Origin: a bacterium
GTDB lineage: Bacteria; Patescibacteriota; Gracilibacteria; JAUYGZ01
DNA: 64,000 bases
Assembly: GCA_030690415.1 (NCBI GenBank)
Contig: JAUYGZ010000011.1
Coordinates: forward strand, 6,269-70,268
Direction: 5' to 3'
Part shown: positions 35,381-45,489 of the stretch, piece by piece
How positions within the stretch are numbered: the stretch's first letter is position 1
Layout of the letters: each line of letters begins with the position of its first letter
Notes under the pieces: generated by a model
Database searches by the model: none
Told to the model about the DNA's origin: nothing
Seen by the model: the letters and a program-made list of their open reading frames with translations, nothing else
Program-made: the position numbers and the translations under genes

Positions 35381-35505
35381 TGAAAGACGATAAAGAGAAT
35401 AAGGACGATAAAGACGATAAAGAAAAAAACAAATACAATCATTGATACAGTTCAGCCCTCAAGACTGAACTCCTTATCATCTTTATAGTCCTTATCGTCC
35501 TTACT
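35381..35505. repeat. Inverted nonamer arrays (gataaagac/gataaggac versus gtccttatc/gtctttat.) in the rpsL-rpsG spacer
   Basis: gacgataaagagaataaggacgataaagacgataaag ... tccttatcatctttatagtccttatcgtccttac, with an inner hairpin agttcag/ctgaact. Confidence 0.75.
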
Positions 35506-35509
35506 CCAT

Positions 35510-35965
35510 ATGTCCAAAAAAGCCCCCGTACACGTCCCTGACAACTCCACTGATCTGATCGAAAAGTTCGTCAACTACATCATGCTGGACGGTAAAAAAA
35601 CCACCGCCAGAAGGATTTTTAAAGAAAGCATGGAGATCATCCAGAAGCGTGGCTACAACAAACCCCAGGAAACTTTTGAAAAAGCCGTGCAAAACCTCTT
35701 CCCAACCCTGGAAGTCAAAGGAAAGCGTATCGGAGGATCGGTGTATCAGATCCCCGTGGAAGTTCGTCCAAAACGACAGCTCACCCTAGCTCTCCGATGG
35801 CTCTTGTCCTCAACCAGGGAAAAAAAGGGATCTCCCCTCTCCAAGCGCCTTGCCGATGAGATCATCGAAGCCTATGAAGGCACCGGAAACGCCATGAAGA
35901 AGAAACAAGACATCTTCAAGATGGCTCAGGCTAATAAAGCTTTCGCACACTTCGCACGATACTAA
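35510..35965 (+). CDS. rpsG: 30S ribosomal protein S7
   Basis: KFVNYIMLDGKK, RIGGSVYQIPVEV, LALRWL, MAQANKAFAHF. Confidence 0.98.
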   Translation: MSKKAPVHVPDNSTDLIEKFVNYIMLDGKKTTARRIFKESMEIIQKRGYNKPQETFEKAVQNLFPTLEVKGKRIGGSVYQIPVEVRPKRQLTLALRWLLSSTREKKGSPLSKRLADEIIEAYEGTGNAMKKKQDIFKMAQANKAFAHFARY

Positions 35966-35984
35966 GAAAGGACATAATAAATCA

Positions 35985-36010
35985 GAAGAGCCCTCCATAA
36001 GGGCTTTTTT
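35985..36010. terminator. Intrinsic terminator after rpsG
   Basis: agagccct-ccata-agggcttt followed by a T run. Confidence 0.7.
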
Positions 36011-36011
36011 G

Positions 36012-36521
36012 TTATTCCTTTGGGTCAACTGCATAATCAGCATTGGTCTGGTTCTCCCTCTTCGTTGTCATCTGGATTCCCAAAGAACGCAACTTCGACT
36101 TAAAATCCTCAAGAGCTCCTTCAATCCTGGCAAGAGTCGCTACAATTTCTGCTTCAGAATGACCCTGAAGAGTGCCTTCCAAAATCACGGTCATGACCTG
36201 TCCCTTCTCCGGCAAGCTCAAGACTTGATTTCTCTGAAGACCAGCTTCATCGATCCCTGATGGAGCTTCTTCTCCATGATATAAGCCCTCGGAAAGCCAT
36301 TGCTGATATGCCCCCCTGCTTTGAGCCAACTCCTCATCCCCTGGGGAAACAGCAGAAAAAATTTCCTTACGCTGTTCCAAAAACACTGGGTTCACGACTA
36401 CGAACCTCTTGCCTTCAACATCAGCAGTCCGTTCTTCCAGCTTAAACTCTCCAACCAGACCACCGTTATCTATCCTATTGCCCCATTGCAAACCTTCTTG
36501 AACCATAAAAAAAAATGACAT
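36012..36521 (-). CDS. Hypothetical protein, ~169 aa
   Basis: Start abuts the stop of the 2,053-aa gene, suggesting coupling. No family recognised. Confidence 0.6.
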   Translation of the reverse strand: MSFFFMVQEGLQWGNRIDNGGLVGEFKLEERTADVEGKRFVVVNPVFLEQRKEIFSAVSPGDEELAQSRGAYQQWLSEGLYHGEEAPSGIDEAGLQRNQVLSLPEKGQVMTVILEGTLQGHSEAEIVATLARIEGALEDFKSKLRSLGIQMTTKRENQTNADYAVDPKE

Positions 36522-39500
36522 TATATAGCCCTCTGCAAATGCCTCGACTGACGCTCCTTCATAATCGCATCGGCCACCTTTTCCGCCTTCTTTACCTCCT
36601 GCACATTCAGCCTGATTTCAATCTCCGTATTCCCCAACGTCACATTGCCCCAGGCCAACAAAATCTGGTACACCAGCTCCTGGCGATTCTCCCAGCTCCG
36701 GATACCGACACACTCTCTCAGTGCCGTATTCACATCAAGATCCTCAAGATTAAGAGCATTATAATCTTTGCTCTCAATAATATGAAGCAGCATTTCTTCC
36801 GTCTCGGTCGTCATGAGAGTAGGGTTGAACAACGCTCGGTTGGTCGGTTTGTGATTGGTGAAATAGGGTGTTCGGAGAGAAATGGTCTTCCCCTGTGACT
36901 CCACAAGGTGAATAACATCACTTTCCTGTCGCTCCAATAGAAGGAGGTTCCTTGCCCAGAGCTGTTCCGGAATACCTTGCTGAAAGACCGATCCGCCATA
37001 TTTGGTGGTAATAGCCTTTTGGATAACCGCGCAATGCTTTTGCAAGCGTTCATTGATACGAGGATCCCTCTGGATAAAGGAAAAGACATCCTGGGAAGCA
37101 CGGGCAGGACCACTGAATTGACGACCCTTTACCGCGAGCTGGGTATACAATGTTCCGGTGATGACCCCGGCATCTTTCATTTTTTCTCCAAAATGCCTCA
37201 AAAGAGACTCCATCCCCCTCGGATCGATGAAAGGATTACCACAATAAGTGCTCGCGATCGGATTATAGATCCGATCAAAAATGGCACGGTCCAACAGGGT
37301 TGTTTTTTGTTCTCCGTGTTCACTCCGCAGCGCAACCTGATACTGATTCTGAAAAAGATCATAGTCCGTATCTTCAATGGTCCAGGTCTGCCCACCCGCG
37401 TCTGAGAGCTTCCAAAGATCATCTTCCAGTATTGTTTGGCCCTTAAAAAGATCTCGCACCATCTGGTCAGCCTCGAAACGCTTCCCGGCAACTTCCCGAA
37501 ACTTCAAAATCCCGTTCCTGGCCTTCCCACTGGGAGACAAAAGCACGTCCCAACCGAGAAGATCATCCAACGTTTCGTGATATTTTCTGAAAAGCTCTGA
37601 TCGTCGAGAATTCTTGCTAAACTTCACACTGGCAAAAAGATTCGGCTGATCCCCACTGGTCCCCTTTTCCCTGCGATAACCCTTCGGATAGTCCTGAGTC
37701 ATGAGTGTGACAGGATTTTCTTCCTCCTGAAAAGCTCCGCCTGGAGGTTCTTCAAAATTATTAATCACATAAAACATATTTACCCGAGTCGGGCGCAAAA
37801 AAGAATTTTCATTACAGAGTCTGCTGATAGTCGTCCTGGGATTTTTCGGATGATCCTTATTGGTTTTACTAGCAGTTGATATCTTGTCTCTGAAACGTTG
37901 TTGCCAGTTTTCACTAATATCCGTCATCCGCATGAAATCTCCTGACTCAGTCCCCAGGAGATAAATCTGCCCATCGTCTCCCGTGAACAAAGAAAGCATA
38001 TCGCCCGACAAAAGCTCGATAGACTTCACCTTCCGGGCTCCTCCCCGTCCTTCAATGACCTGCTCAACCATGGCAATAATAGTCTCTGACTTCCCTGTCC
38101 CACTATCACCCGCAAGAACAAAAGTTTTTCGAAGTCCATTCTCCAGCTCAATCGTCAACGCTGATCCATGGACAGGAAGCCCGCCTATCGCCTTCACACG
38201 TTCATTCGCGTTCGTGAGAATCGGCTTCTTGAGATACCCCATGTAGTTCGTGATCTCTTCACTATCGACCCAAGACACCGGCAAAGGCGTTTTATGAGTA
38301 TCGTCATACTGATCAAAAAAGTATCCAATACGATAGTCTTCTCCCATGACCTTGGAAGGAATTCCAAGAAAGCTCACGCCATCGGGACGCAGGCTTTTCA
38401 GGTCGTCAAAAGAGACATCTGTCTGGGGAAAAAGCCGAAGCTCCTCAGCTAAATAGTGAGAGTATGAGCGATTCATCACCAGCATAAGCCGACTTGGGCC
38501 TACCTGAACCATCTTACAGACATAGTCATTCGGAGCCAAAACATTCACGAACTCCTGAAGCCGATATCGAAAATAATCCGGCTGAGGAGCATCATTCCCA
38601 TCGCCATCTCGTCGATATATCCCACGCTCAAAACCTGCCACACGAGCGGTTCCTCCTGTGATCATTTCAGGAGAAGGGTCGGTCGGCATGGTCTGTCCGG
38701 CAAACTCAGAGCGTGCTACCAGATCCCGAGCCCAGCTCGGTAAACGTGCGTCACCCGCAATCCCTCTCAAGGACTGATAGCCAACCTGAAAGGAAGGCTT
38801 CACTTTAATCCCCTTCTCCTGCTCTTCAGTCAAAAAAGCCTTTAAAAATTCATTAATAAATCCTCCAATCTTTTTCTCAGCACCCAGAAGACTATCCGCC
38901 ACATGATCGGGGTGGGTCCCCTGAGAAAACTGAAGAGCTAAAATCTTAATCGTGTCATCGCTATACCATCGCTGTGCAACCATACCGGCAATTTTCTGGA
39001 ACAAAGAAAGCTGAACATCATTAAAGTCGCGAGTATCAAACTTATCAGCAAAACGATGCGCCCCATAATAGGCAACCAGTTCATCATCTTTCAGTTTTTT
39101 CAAAGCGGGAATCCGCGCTCTCACCTGAAGTAAGTAATGATTAAAGAGATCTTGAAAAGCCCGGCTTCTCACAAATCTCTTTGCGTCCTTACAGTCAACA
39201 TTCCGAAGGGTCACGATGGTCGCGGGCGAGTCCGGCTCGATACTGGTGAGGTAATCTGACACACTGGGGCTAAAGCGTTGTATTATGGTTTTCTTAGGAG
39301 GAGGAGGGTTCTTTTTGACAGCTTCAATCAAGGGCGATTTATCTCTGAAGGCTCTTGCAAATTCAATCTCTCCTCCGGGAAACAGATCCTTAAGAGCGTT
39401 CCCAATAGGATTCAGATCCTGACTCGTGTTCAGCTCCGCCCGCTTCTCCCGAAAAGCCTTCCAGTATTTTAAAAGCAGCCGTAAGTCCGTCTCAAGAGCT

Positions 39501-42500
39501 AAGGAAAGCATTTCATATCCCTCTCTGGTCCCATCCACCATTCCACCGAAGGCAAATCGAACATACCCTTTCGGCCGGGGGACCACATCGATCTTGCGAC
39601 TCCTCGCAATAGCCTCTAAAAAAGGCTGAATAGCAGGGTCGTCCCCTTGCTCATCGAGTTTAAAACAGAAGTAAAAAGGTCCTTCCGGCTTGATGCATCG
39701 TTGTTCAATGCCGGGAAAATCTTTTTCAACCCGCTTGATAGCATCGATAGCAGCCTGGCTCCTCTTGGCAGAATCCCTCTGGGTCTGCTTATCAAGCCTC
39801 AGGTTCTTGAGGCGGGAAATCAGCATATTCGTATACTGCTTCAGATGTCTCCAGTCAGCTGCCCTAAGCTGAAGATGGTCCAAATCGTTCCGCGCCTCTA
39901 CCAAAGCCTCGTAGAGGGGAAGACAAAATAAATCAGAATCCAGGCGACAAAAGTCCTCTCCAAGAAGCGAATCGAGCACCTTCAAGGGATCTTGTATCGT
40001 AATAGCTCCCTCGAGAGCCTTGCAAGCCTTTTTTACAGCTACACCGGCCTTCAGGGTCGCCTGATCCAAATACAAAGACAGGGAGTGCGTAGCATCTCGT
40101 TGACGATCTGCAAAGACTGCAAAAGTCTCACCCTGAGGATTGGTTTCCTGGTCATTCGTCACCACCACCCCAGTCCTTCTCCCTGCTCCCATGGCCCACT
40201 TAGTGGTCGGAAGCGAAGTATAAATGGTAATAGGGTTGGAAAAACGCCCCCGATGCATTTCATAAAACTCAGAGAGGGACACATCTCCATTTTCTGCTTT
40301 GATTTCCTTCGAGACCTGCTTCCGATAGGCTTCATCCGACAAGATCGTCAAACCATACTCCGAAGCAATATCGAGAAGCTCCAGTTTTATCCGATACGGC
40401 ATGACTTTCGAGCTTGGATTGTGAGGGTCATTGATGATAAGAAGAGTACTGGAGCAGTACAGACGAAAAAGCTCAGGAAAATCAGCAAGACGGTCTTTCA
40501 TGGATTCCAATTGTTTTTTCAGGGATGAGGAGTCCAGATCCCCGGATTCATTCATCGTGAGCTGAAGAACATTTTTCGAGGGGTAGTCATCCTCACTCAG
40601 GACATCACTAAAGGTCCAGCTCACATCAGCAAGAGCGAGGTTTGGCCGGAATGATCCATGTTCGATGTCGTTCAACAGTCGCTCCAGCAGCTCCAGATCA
40701 TCTGGCTGATTCCTTCTCCGAAGCTGATCCAGCCTCCCTTGAAACAGATCGGCTCCCCCCTTCACACCCCTTCTCACCGTCCCTGAAAACCCCCGAAGAC
40801 GATTGGCGGCATCACGGAACAAGCCCCGTTCAAGCATTTTCGCCGCCTCTTCGATCCCGAACTGCTTCAGTAATTGGGTCACCTGAACCTTCAGATATCC
40901 CGGAATATTGACCCCTAAAACTTCATCCAGGTGCTGAATCAAAGACTCCAAGGTTGCTGAAGAGTTTTCAGCCGTCGAATAGAGTGTCTCGTTAACAAAG
41001 GAACGAAAAAAAGCCATCAGACGGCCTTCGGGATGTTTGTGCTGATCGATGTTCCGAATGGTCCGATGTCGGCTTTCTCGATCGGCAAATGCTCTTCTTT
41101 GGGCCGAATCCTCACTCGAAGTGCTCTCGGCATCTACCCCCCGTCGGGCTTTCAAGTGTTCGAGCCTCTCTCTTAATACTCTAAGATCATCGTATTGGAA
41201 CCGGTCAACCCCGGCCCGTGACTTCTGAAGAAAAAACTTTCCCACAAGACCGAGCTGTCGCCGACCACCACCCTGGGGAACAGACACGCAGCAATAACCC
41301 TTTCCTTCGAGAGCCTTAAAAAAATACTGAAAGGTAAGGTTGCTGGTGTTCTCACGAAGTTCTGCTTCCATCCCTTCAAGATCTTCTCCGCTCTTCACTC
41401 GACGAAGGAAGTTTAAAAAATCCAGAAAACCCTTGAGACACAGGTAATCCTTCTGAGCCGTCATTTGCCATTCTTGCTTTCTTATCCGTTGGGGGTCTGC
41501 TACATGAACACCCTCTCGCTCATATTGCTGCATCTTTTTCTGAACCGCTTCCTGGAGTTCTCTCAGATCTTCGTAGGAAAAATACTGGAGCATTCTTCTC
41601 ATATTCATCTGCGTATTGGCGGGTGTTCCGGAATCCTTGATATGAAATTTCTCTAAATGATTCTTGATCTCCGGCTGAATAGTCGCCACAAAACACATAC
41701 TCGATCCCCTGGCATTCGGTGATTCATCCACGATGACAAGACGCCCGATGACCCCCTTCCACTTCTCCAATAGGATATCGCTACTCAAAACATTATGAGA
41801 AACCGATTGCAGCCTGACGACAAAAAGACTTTTTTTATCCGCCTCCATTTTTGCAAGCAAATCATCATCAAGAGCATGGCAGGTCTCATTCAAAGGTCTG
41901 CTCCCGTTGGCATACTGGCTCAGAAGATGTTCTTTAATGAGCCGAACAGCTGTATCCGCAGTGCCAGATATCGTGACTTTTTTGAAACCTCTTAGTCCTT
42001 CGAAATTGACAAAGTCAGTCACTTCCGACTCAAAAACAGCTCTTTCAGATGTCGTTGTGTAATGTGTACTCTGCTCCACCATCTGTGAAACAAGACCCAA
42101 AAATCGGTCAAAAACAACCCCATCGACCGAAAGGAGATTTCGAAATTCAGAGATGCTCCTCAGTCGTCCCCCAAAAACAAGATGCTCAATGGTCTCAATG
42201 CCTTGTGGGGTGATCGGGGGGGTTCCAATTGAAAACTTATACTGCAGCAATGCCTCTGCCTCCCGGGGGCCAACCGTTAGTCCCTCCGAGCCATTGCCGT
42301 GAACGACCCTCCCAACAACCCTTCTCAGTTCTTTTTCAAACTCATTACTCTCATTGACAATGCGAAAAACAGCACCCTGATTCGCCTTTGATATGATTTG
42401 ATTGATGTATTCACGATCAATCTTTCCCAACAGAAGTTCACAAATTCTCTTCCTTCGCTCCAATAAGGGAAGAAGGCTGCTGAGTTTTTCATCAGTATCT

Positions 42501-42682
42501 TTACCCTGAGAAGCGAGATTTTCTCTTAATAATCTCAGGATAAGAGAGACATCCTCGAGCTGTACCATACCGTCAATAAGAGGACTGGCAATCGTTTCTG
42601 CCATAAGGGACTCTGCGACGGCGTGGAGGGAGTCTATATCCCTCTCGAGACCAACGGGGATCTGCCCTTTATGTTTACTCAT
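36521..42682 (-). CDS. 2,053-aa fusion: unknown N-terminal region + class I/II PLP aminotransferase + PEP carboxykinase-like P-loop domain
   Basis: Aminotransferase motifs INDPHNPS, ILSDEAY, PTTKWAMGAGRRTG, PEGPFY, GYVRFAF. PEPCK-like motifs YMGYLKK, PVHGSA, GDSGTGKSET, LSGDM, GTESGDF, KNPR. Confidence 0.85.
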   Translation of the reverse strand: MSKHKGQIPVGLERDIDSLHAVAESLMAETIASPLIDGMVQLEDVSLILRLLRENLASQGKDTDEKLSSLLPLLERRKRICELLLGKIDREYINQIISKANQGAVFRIVNESNEFEKELRRVVGRVVHGNGSEGLTVGPREAEALLQYKFSIGTPPITPQGIETIEHLVFGGRLRSISEFRNLLSVDGVVFDRFLGLVSQMVEQSTHYTTTSERAVFESEVTDFVNFEGLRGFKKVTISGTADTAVRLIKEHLLSQYANGSRPLNETCHALDDDLLAKMEADKKSLFVVRLQSVSHNVLSSDILLEKWKGVIGRLVIVDESPNARGSSMCFVATIQPEIKNHLEKFHIKDSGTPANTQMNMRRMLQYFSYEDLRELQEAVQKKMQQYEREGVHVADPQRIRKQEWQMTAQKDYLCLKGFLDFLNFLRRVKSGEDLEGMEAELRENTSNLTFQYFFKALEGKGYCCVSVPQGGGRRQLGLVGKFFLQKSRAGVDRFQYDDLRVLRERLEHLKARRGVDAESTSSEDSAQRRAFADRESRHRTIRNIDQHKHPEGRLMAFFRSFVNETLYSTAENSSATLESLIQHLDEVLGVNIPGYLKVQVTQLLKQFGIEEAAKMLERGLFRDAANRLRGFSGTVRRGVKGGADLFQGRLDQLRRRNQPDDLELLERLLNDIEHGSFRPNLALADVSWTFSDVLSEDDYPSKNVLQLTMNESGDLDSSSLKKQLESMKDRLADFPELFRLYCSSTLLIINDPHNPSSKVMPYRIKLELLDIASEYGLTILSDEAYRKQVSKEIKAENGDVSLSEFYEMHRGRFSNPITIYTSLPTTKWAMGAGRRTGVVVTNDQETNPQGETFAVFADRQRDATHSLSLYLDQATLKAGVAVKKACKALEGAITIQDPLKVLDSLLGEDFCRLDSDLFCLPLYEALVEARNDLDHLQLRAADWRHLKQYTNMLISRLKNLRLDKQTQRDSAKRSQAAIDAIKRVEKDFPGIEQRCIKPEGPFYFCFKLDEQGDDPAIQPFLEAIARSRKIDVVPRPKGYVRFAFGGMVDGTREGYEMLSLALETDLRLLLKYWKAFREKRAELNTSQDLNPIGNALKDLFPGGEIEFARAFRDKSPLIEAVKKNPPPPKKTIIQRFSPSVSDYLTSIEPDSPATIVTLRNVDCKDAKRFVRSRAFQDLFNHYLLQVRARIPALKKLKDDELVAYYGAHRFADKFDTRDFNDVQLSLFQKIAGMVAQRWYSDDTIKILALQFSQGTHPDHVADSLLGAEKKIGGFINEFLKAFLTEEQEKGIKVKPSFQVGYQSLRGIAGDARLPSWARDLVARSEFAGQTMPTDPSPEMITGGTARVAGFERGIYRRDGDGNDAPQPDYFRYRLQEFVNVLAPNDYVCKMVQVGPSRLMLVMNRSYSHYLAEELRLFPQTDVSFDDLKSLRPDGVSFLGIPSKVMGEDYRIGYFFDQYDDTHKTPLPVSWVDSEEITNYMGYLKKPILTNANERVKAIGGLPVHGSALTIELENGLRKTFVLAGDSGTGKSETIIAMVEQVIEGRGGARKVKSIELLSGDMLSLFTGDDGQIYLLGTESGDFMRMTDISENWQQRFRDKISTASKTNKDHPKNPRTTISRLCNENSFLRPTRVNMFYVINNFEEPPGGAFQEEENPVTLMTQDYPKGYRREKGTSGDQPNLFASVKFSKNSRRSELFRKYHETLDDLLGWDVLLSPSGKARNGILKFREVAGKRFEADQMVRDLFKGQTILEDDLWKLSDAGGQTWTIEDTDYDLFQNQYQVALRSEHGEQKTTLLDRAIFDRIYNPIASTYCGNPFIDPRGMESLLRHFGEKMKDAGVITGTLYTQLAVKGRQFSGPARASQDVFSFIQRDPRINERLQKHCAVIQKAITTKYGGSVFQQGIPEQLWARNLLLLERQESDVIHLVESQGKTISLRTPYFTNHKPTNRALFNPTLMTTETEEMLLHIIESKDYNALNLEDLDVNTALRECVGIRSWENRQELVYQILLAWGNVTLGNTEIEIRLNVQEVKKAEKVADAIMKERQSRHLQRAI

Positions 42683-42811
42683 GTGAAGGTGTTCAAGTTT
42701 TGGAGCTCATCGTAGCGAAAAAGGAATATATGACAAAAAAATAAGTGTCCGAAGTTTCAGTTCTCGAGAAATGCGCTACTATAAAAGGCGTACGAACCCT
42801 AGTCGAAGTGT

Positions 42812-43756
42812 ATGAAAGCCAAAATCGTCTTTCTCGGAACCCCTGAATTCGCCATCTCCATCCTGGAAAAGCTCCACGAAGAGCACGACATCATAGTTGT
42901 CATCACCCAGCCTGATCGACCGACTGGTCGTGAGCAAATCCTTACAGCACCTCCCGTTAAAATCAGAGCGGAACAATTAGGTATCCCCGTACTTCAACCC
43001 CAAAAAGCATTCGATATAAGAAATGGGATATTAAAAATCACCACCCATCCTCCTGACTTTTTAATCACCGCCGCCTACGGCGAATACCTCCCAAAAACCG
43101 TTTTAACTCTTCCCGAAAAAGACGCCCTCAACGTCCACCCCTCTCTCCTTCCCCTGTACCGCGGCGCCACCCCAATGCAATCAGCGCTATTGAACGGAGA
43201 CAAGAAGACTGGAATCAGCATTATTCGCATGGTCAAAGAAATGGACGCCGGTCCGATCTTCGCCCAAGAAGAATTTCCACTCCCAGCGGACATGAAATAC
43301 CCCGACCTCGAAAAACTCTGTTCACAAAGGGGTGCCGAACTCATCAGCCATGTGCTCGCCCACCATGATGACATCACGCCCGTCGATCAAGAATCTTCCC
43401 ACGCCACAATGTGCCACAAAATCAATAAAGAAGACGGCCTCATAAGCTGGTCCGAAGCGTCAGCGATCCAGATATATAACAAATTCCGAGCCTTCACCCC
43501 TTGGCCCGGTGCTTTCACACAATTCAAAGACCAAAAACTCTCCATCCTGGATGCATCAGCACTACCCAATGCCGAGTCAGGACACCCTCCCGGAACCGTG
43601 TTTCAGGAGAATGGACAGACACTGGTCCAATGCCAAAAAGGATCCCTATTGATCAAAGTTCTCCAATTAGCGGGGAAAAACGCTGTTGATATTAAATCCT
43701 TTCTGAATGGCCATGCTGATTTCCTCGGAGCAAAACTCATTAACGAGAGACGATAA
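42812..43756 (+). CDS. fmt: Methionyl-tRNA formyltransferase
   Basis: IVFLGTPEFA, VITQPDRPTGR, NVHPSLLPLYRGATP, MDAGP, RAFTPWPGA. Confidence 0.98.
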   Translation: MKAKIVFLGTPEFAISILEKLHEEHDIIVVITQPDRPTGREQILTAPPVKIRAEQLGIPVLQPQKAFDIRNGILKITTHPPDFLITAAYGEYLPKTVLTLPEKDALNVHPSLLPLYRGATPMQSALLNGDKKTGISIIRMVKEMDAGPIFAQEEFPLPADMKYPDLEKLCSQRGAELISHVLAHHDDITPVDQESSHATMCHKINKEDGLISWSEASAIQIYNKFRAFTPWPGAFTQFKDQKLSILDASALPNAESGHPPGTVFQENGQTLVQCQKGSLLIKVLQLAGKNAVDIKSFLNGHADFLGAKLINERR

Positions 43757-43875
43757 GGACTATAAAGACGATAACGAGGATAATGAGGCCGCATTTTAAA
43801 TATCCACAGACAAGTCCATTATCTTAAAAGATTCCTTATAATCCTTACTGTCATTATCGTCTTTATAGTCCTTCT
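43747..43875. repeat. Inverted nonamer arrays between fmt and the flippase gene
   Basis: aaggactataaagacgataa and its exact 20-bp reverse complement ttatcgtctttatagtcctt; same family as the rpsL-rpsG spacer and 25475-25505. Confidence 0.8.
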
Positions 43876-43877
43876 TA

Positions 43878-45353
43878 ATGTCCACCGCCAGAAAAATCCT
43901 CTCCAACACCGCCATCCAGATAGCGGGCAAAATTATGACCGCGGTTCTTTCCATTGTGATCATTAAATACATCACTTCATTGGAAAGTATCCCAGGCTTG
44001 GAAGGGTTGCCGGCAGACTACAAGCTGATCTACACCTACCTCGCTTTTTTTGGCATTATCGCTGATTTCGGGCTCTTTACGATCGCTGTCCGAGAAATGT
44101 CTCAAGCAAAAGACCAGGAAGAACAACAGTTCATCATGGGTAACCTCTTCGGAATGAGATTCTTCACCATCCTCATCGCGATGGTTATGGCCTCACTCTT
44201 CATATTCCTGATCCCAACCGAAAACTACACCATGACGGTCAAATTTGGCGTTACTATCGCCGCCATTACCACCGTGCTCACTATGATGGCCAGCACCACC
44301 TCCTCCATCCTCCAAGTTCACCTCCGCATGACCATGCCGACCATCGCCTTAGCTTTGGGGAAAATCGTCATGGCCGCCTATATCATCACCATCATCATTT
44401 TTTTCCAGGATATTCCATATGCTTTCTACCACCTCATCTTCGCCGGAATTACTGGAGCTTTTATGACCTTCGTCATCACCTGGCATTATACCCGGAAGTG
44501 GTTCCCATTTCGTACCCACTTCCGCTTCGACTATTGGAAACGGATTTTTAAAGAAGCCCTCCCCTACGGAGCAGCCATCATCCTCAGTACCATGTATTAC
44601 AAGATGGATATCCTCCTCCTTTCCTTCATGCGAGACAAACAAGAAATCGCGATCTATGGATACCCAAGCTCCATTATTGAAATGCTCGCAATCTTCCCCA
44701 TCTACTTCATGAACTCAACCCTTCCAACACTTAGTCGAGCCTTTGCAGAATCAAGCGAAAAAGTAAAAAAAATTATCCAGCTCTCCTTCAACTTCATCGC
44801 TCTCATCACCCTTCCAATGGTTATTGGAGGCGTCATCCTCTCGAGACCGCTTATGGCCTTCGTGATGAATCAGGAGTTCCTCACGGGAAACGTGGCTGGA
44901 TACTACGGCGCAGACATCGCCTTTCAACTCCTCCTCCTCCCCACGATCTTCGCCTTCGTAAACACCCTCTTCAGCTTCGTCCTCATCGCCAGTGGGAAAC
45001 AAGCAAAACTTTTGAAAATCAATCTCTTTGGAGTCCTCTTCAACCTCATCACCAACCTTCTCTTTATTCCTTCGTATGGGTTCATAGCTGCGGGTATCAC
45101 AACCCTTCTCTCGGAAGCACTCGTGATCTGGCTCACATGGAAAGAAATGCGAAAAGAAATCACGGTTCACTTCGAAATCAAAACTCCGGCGAAAATTCTC
45201 TTCGCTTCAGTCGTCATGGGCCTCTTCGTTTGGTGGGCTCAAAACAGTCTGCACATCGTTCCGCTCGTGGGAATTGGAGCCATGGTCTTCATCGCGACCC
45301 TAATTCCTCTCCGTGTTTTTGATGAAAAAACCATGGGTTTAGTGAAAAAATAA
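43878..45353 (+). CDS. MOP-superfamily oligosaccharide flippase (Wzx/RfbX-like)
   Basis: ARKILSNT, FGIIADFGLFTIAVRE, many TM segments, YYKMDILLLS, NLLFIPSYGFIAAGITT. Confidence 0.9.
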   Translation: MSTARKILSNTAIQIAGKIMTAVLSIVIIKYITSLESIPGLEGLPADYKLIYTYLAFFGIIADFGLFTIAVREMSQAKDQEEQQFIMGNLFGMRFFTILIAMVMASLFIFLIPTENYTMTVKFGVTIAAITTVLTMMASTTSSILQVHLRMTMPTIALALGKIVMAAYIITIIIFFQDIPYAFYHLIFAGITGAFMTFVITWHYTRKWFPFRTHFRFDYWKRIFKEALPYGAAIILSTMYYKMDILLLSFMRDKQEIAIYGYPSSIIEMLAIFPIYFMNSTLPTLSRAFAESSEKVKKIIQLSFNFIALITLPMVIGGVILSRPLMAFVMNQEFLTGNVAGYYGADIAFQLLLLPTIFAFVNTLFSFVLIASGKQAKLLKINLFGVLFNLITNLLFIPSYGFIAAGITTLLSEALVIWLTWKEMRKEITVHFEIKTPAKILFASVVMGLFVWWAQNSLHIVPLVGIGAMVFIATLIPLRVFDEKTMGLVKK

Positions 45354-45489
45354 CGCCATCACTTGTTTTATCGCCTTTCTTGACGTACCTTGGGCTTTGT
45401 TATCGGGGTGTAGCGCAGTCGCACTGAAGTTCCGCTTTGCGGGACTGGCTACACTCTCGATTCACTTCGTCATTTCATTCCTTGTTCAT

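Noticed and set aside
43759..43785. FLAG-tag-like sequence (gactataaagacgat = DYKDD)
   Set aside because: It is part of the natural nonamer repeat family found at three loci, is intergenic, and does not complete DYKDDDDK.
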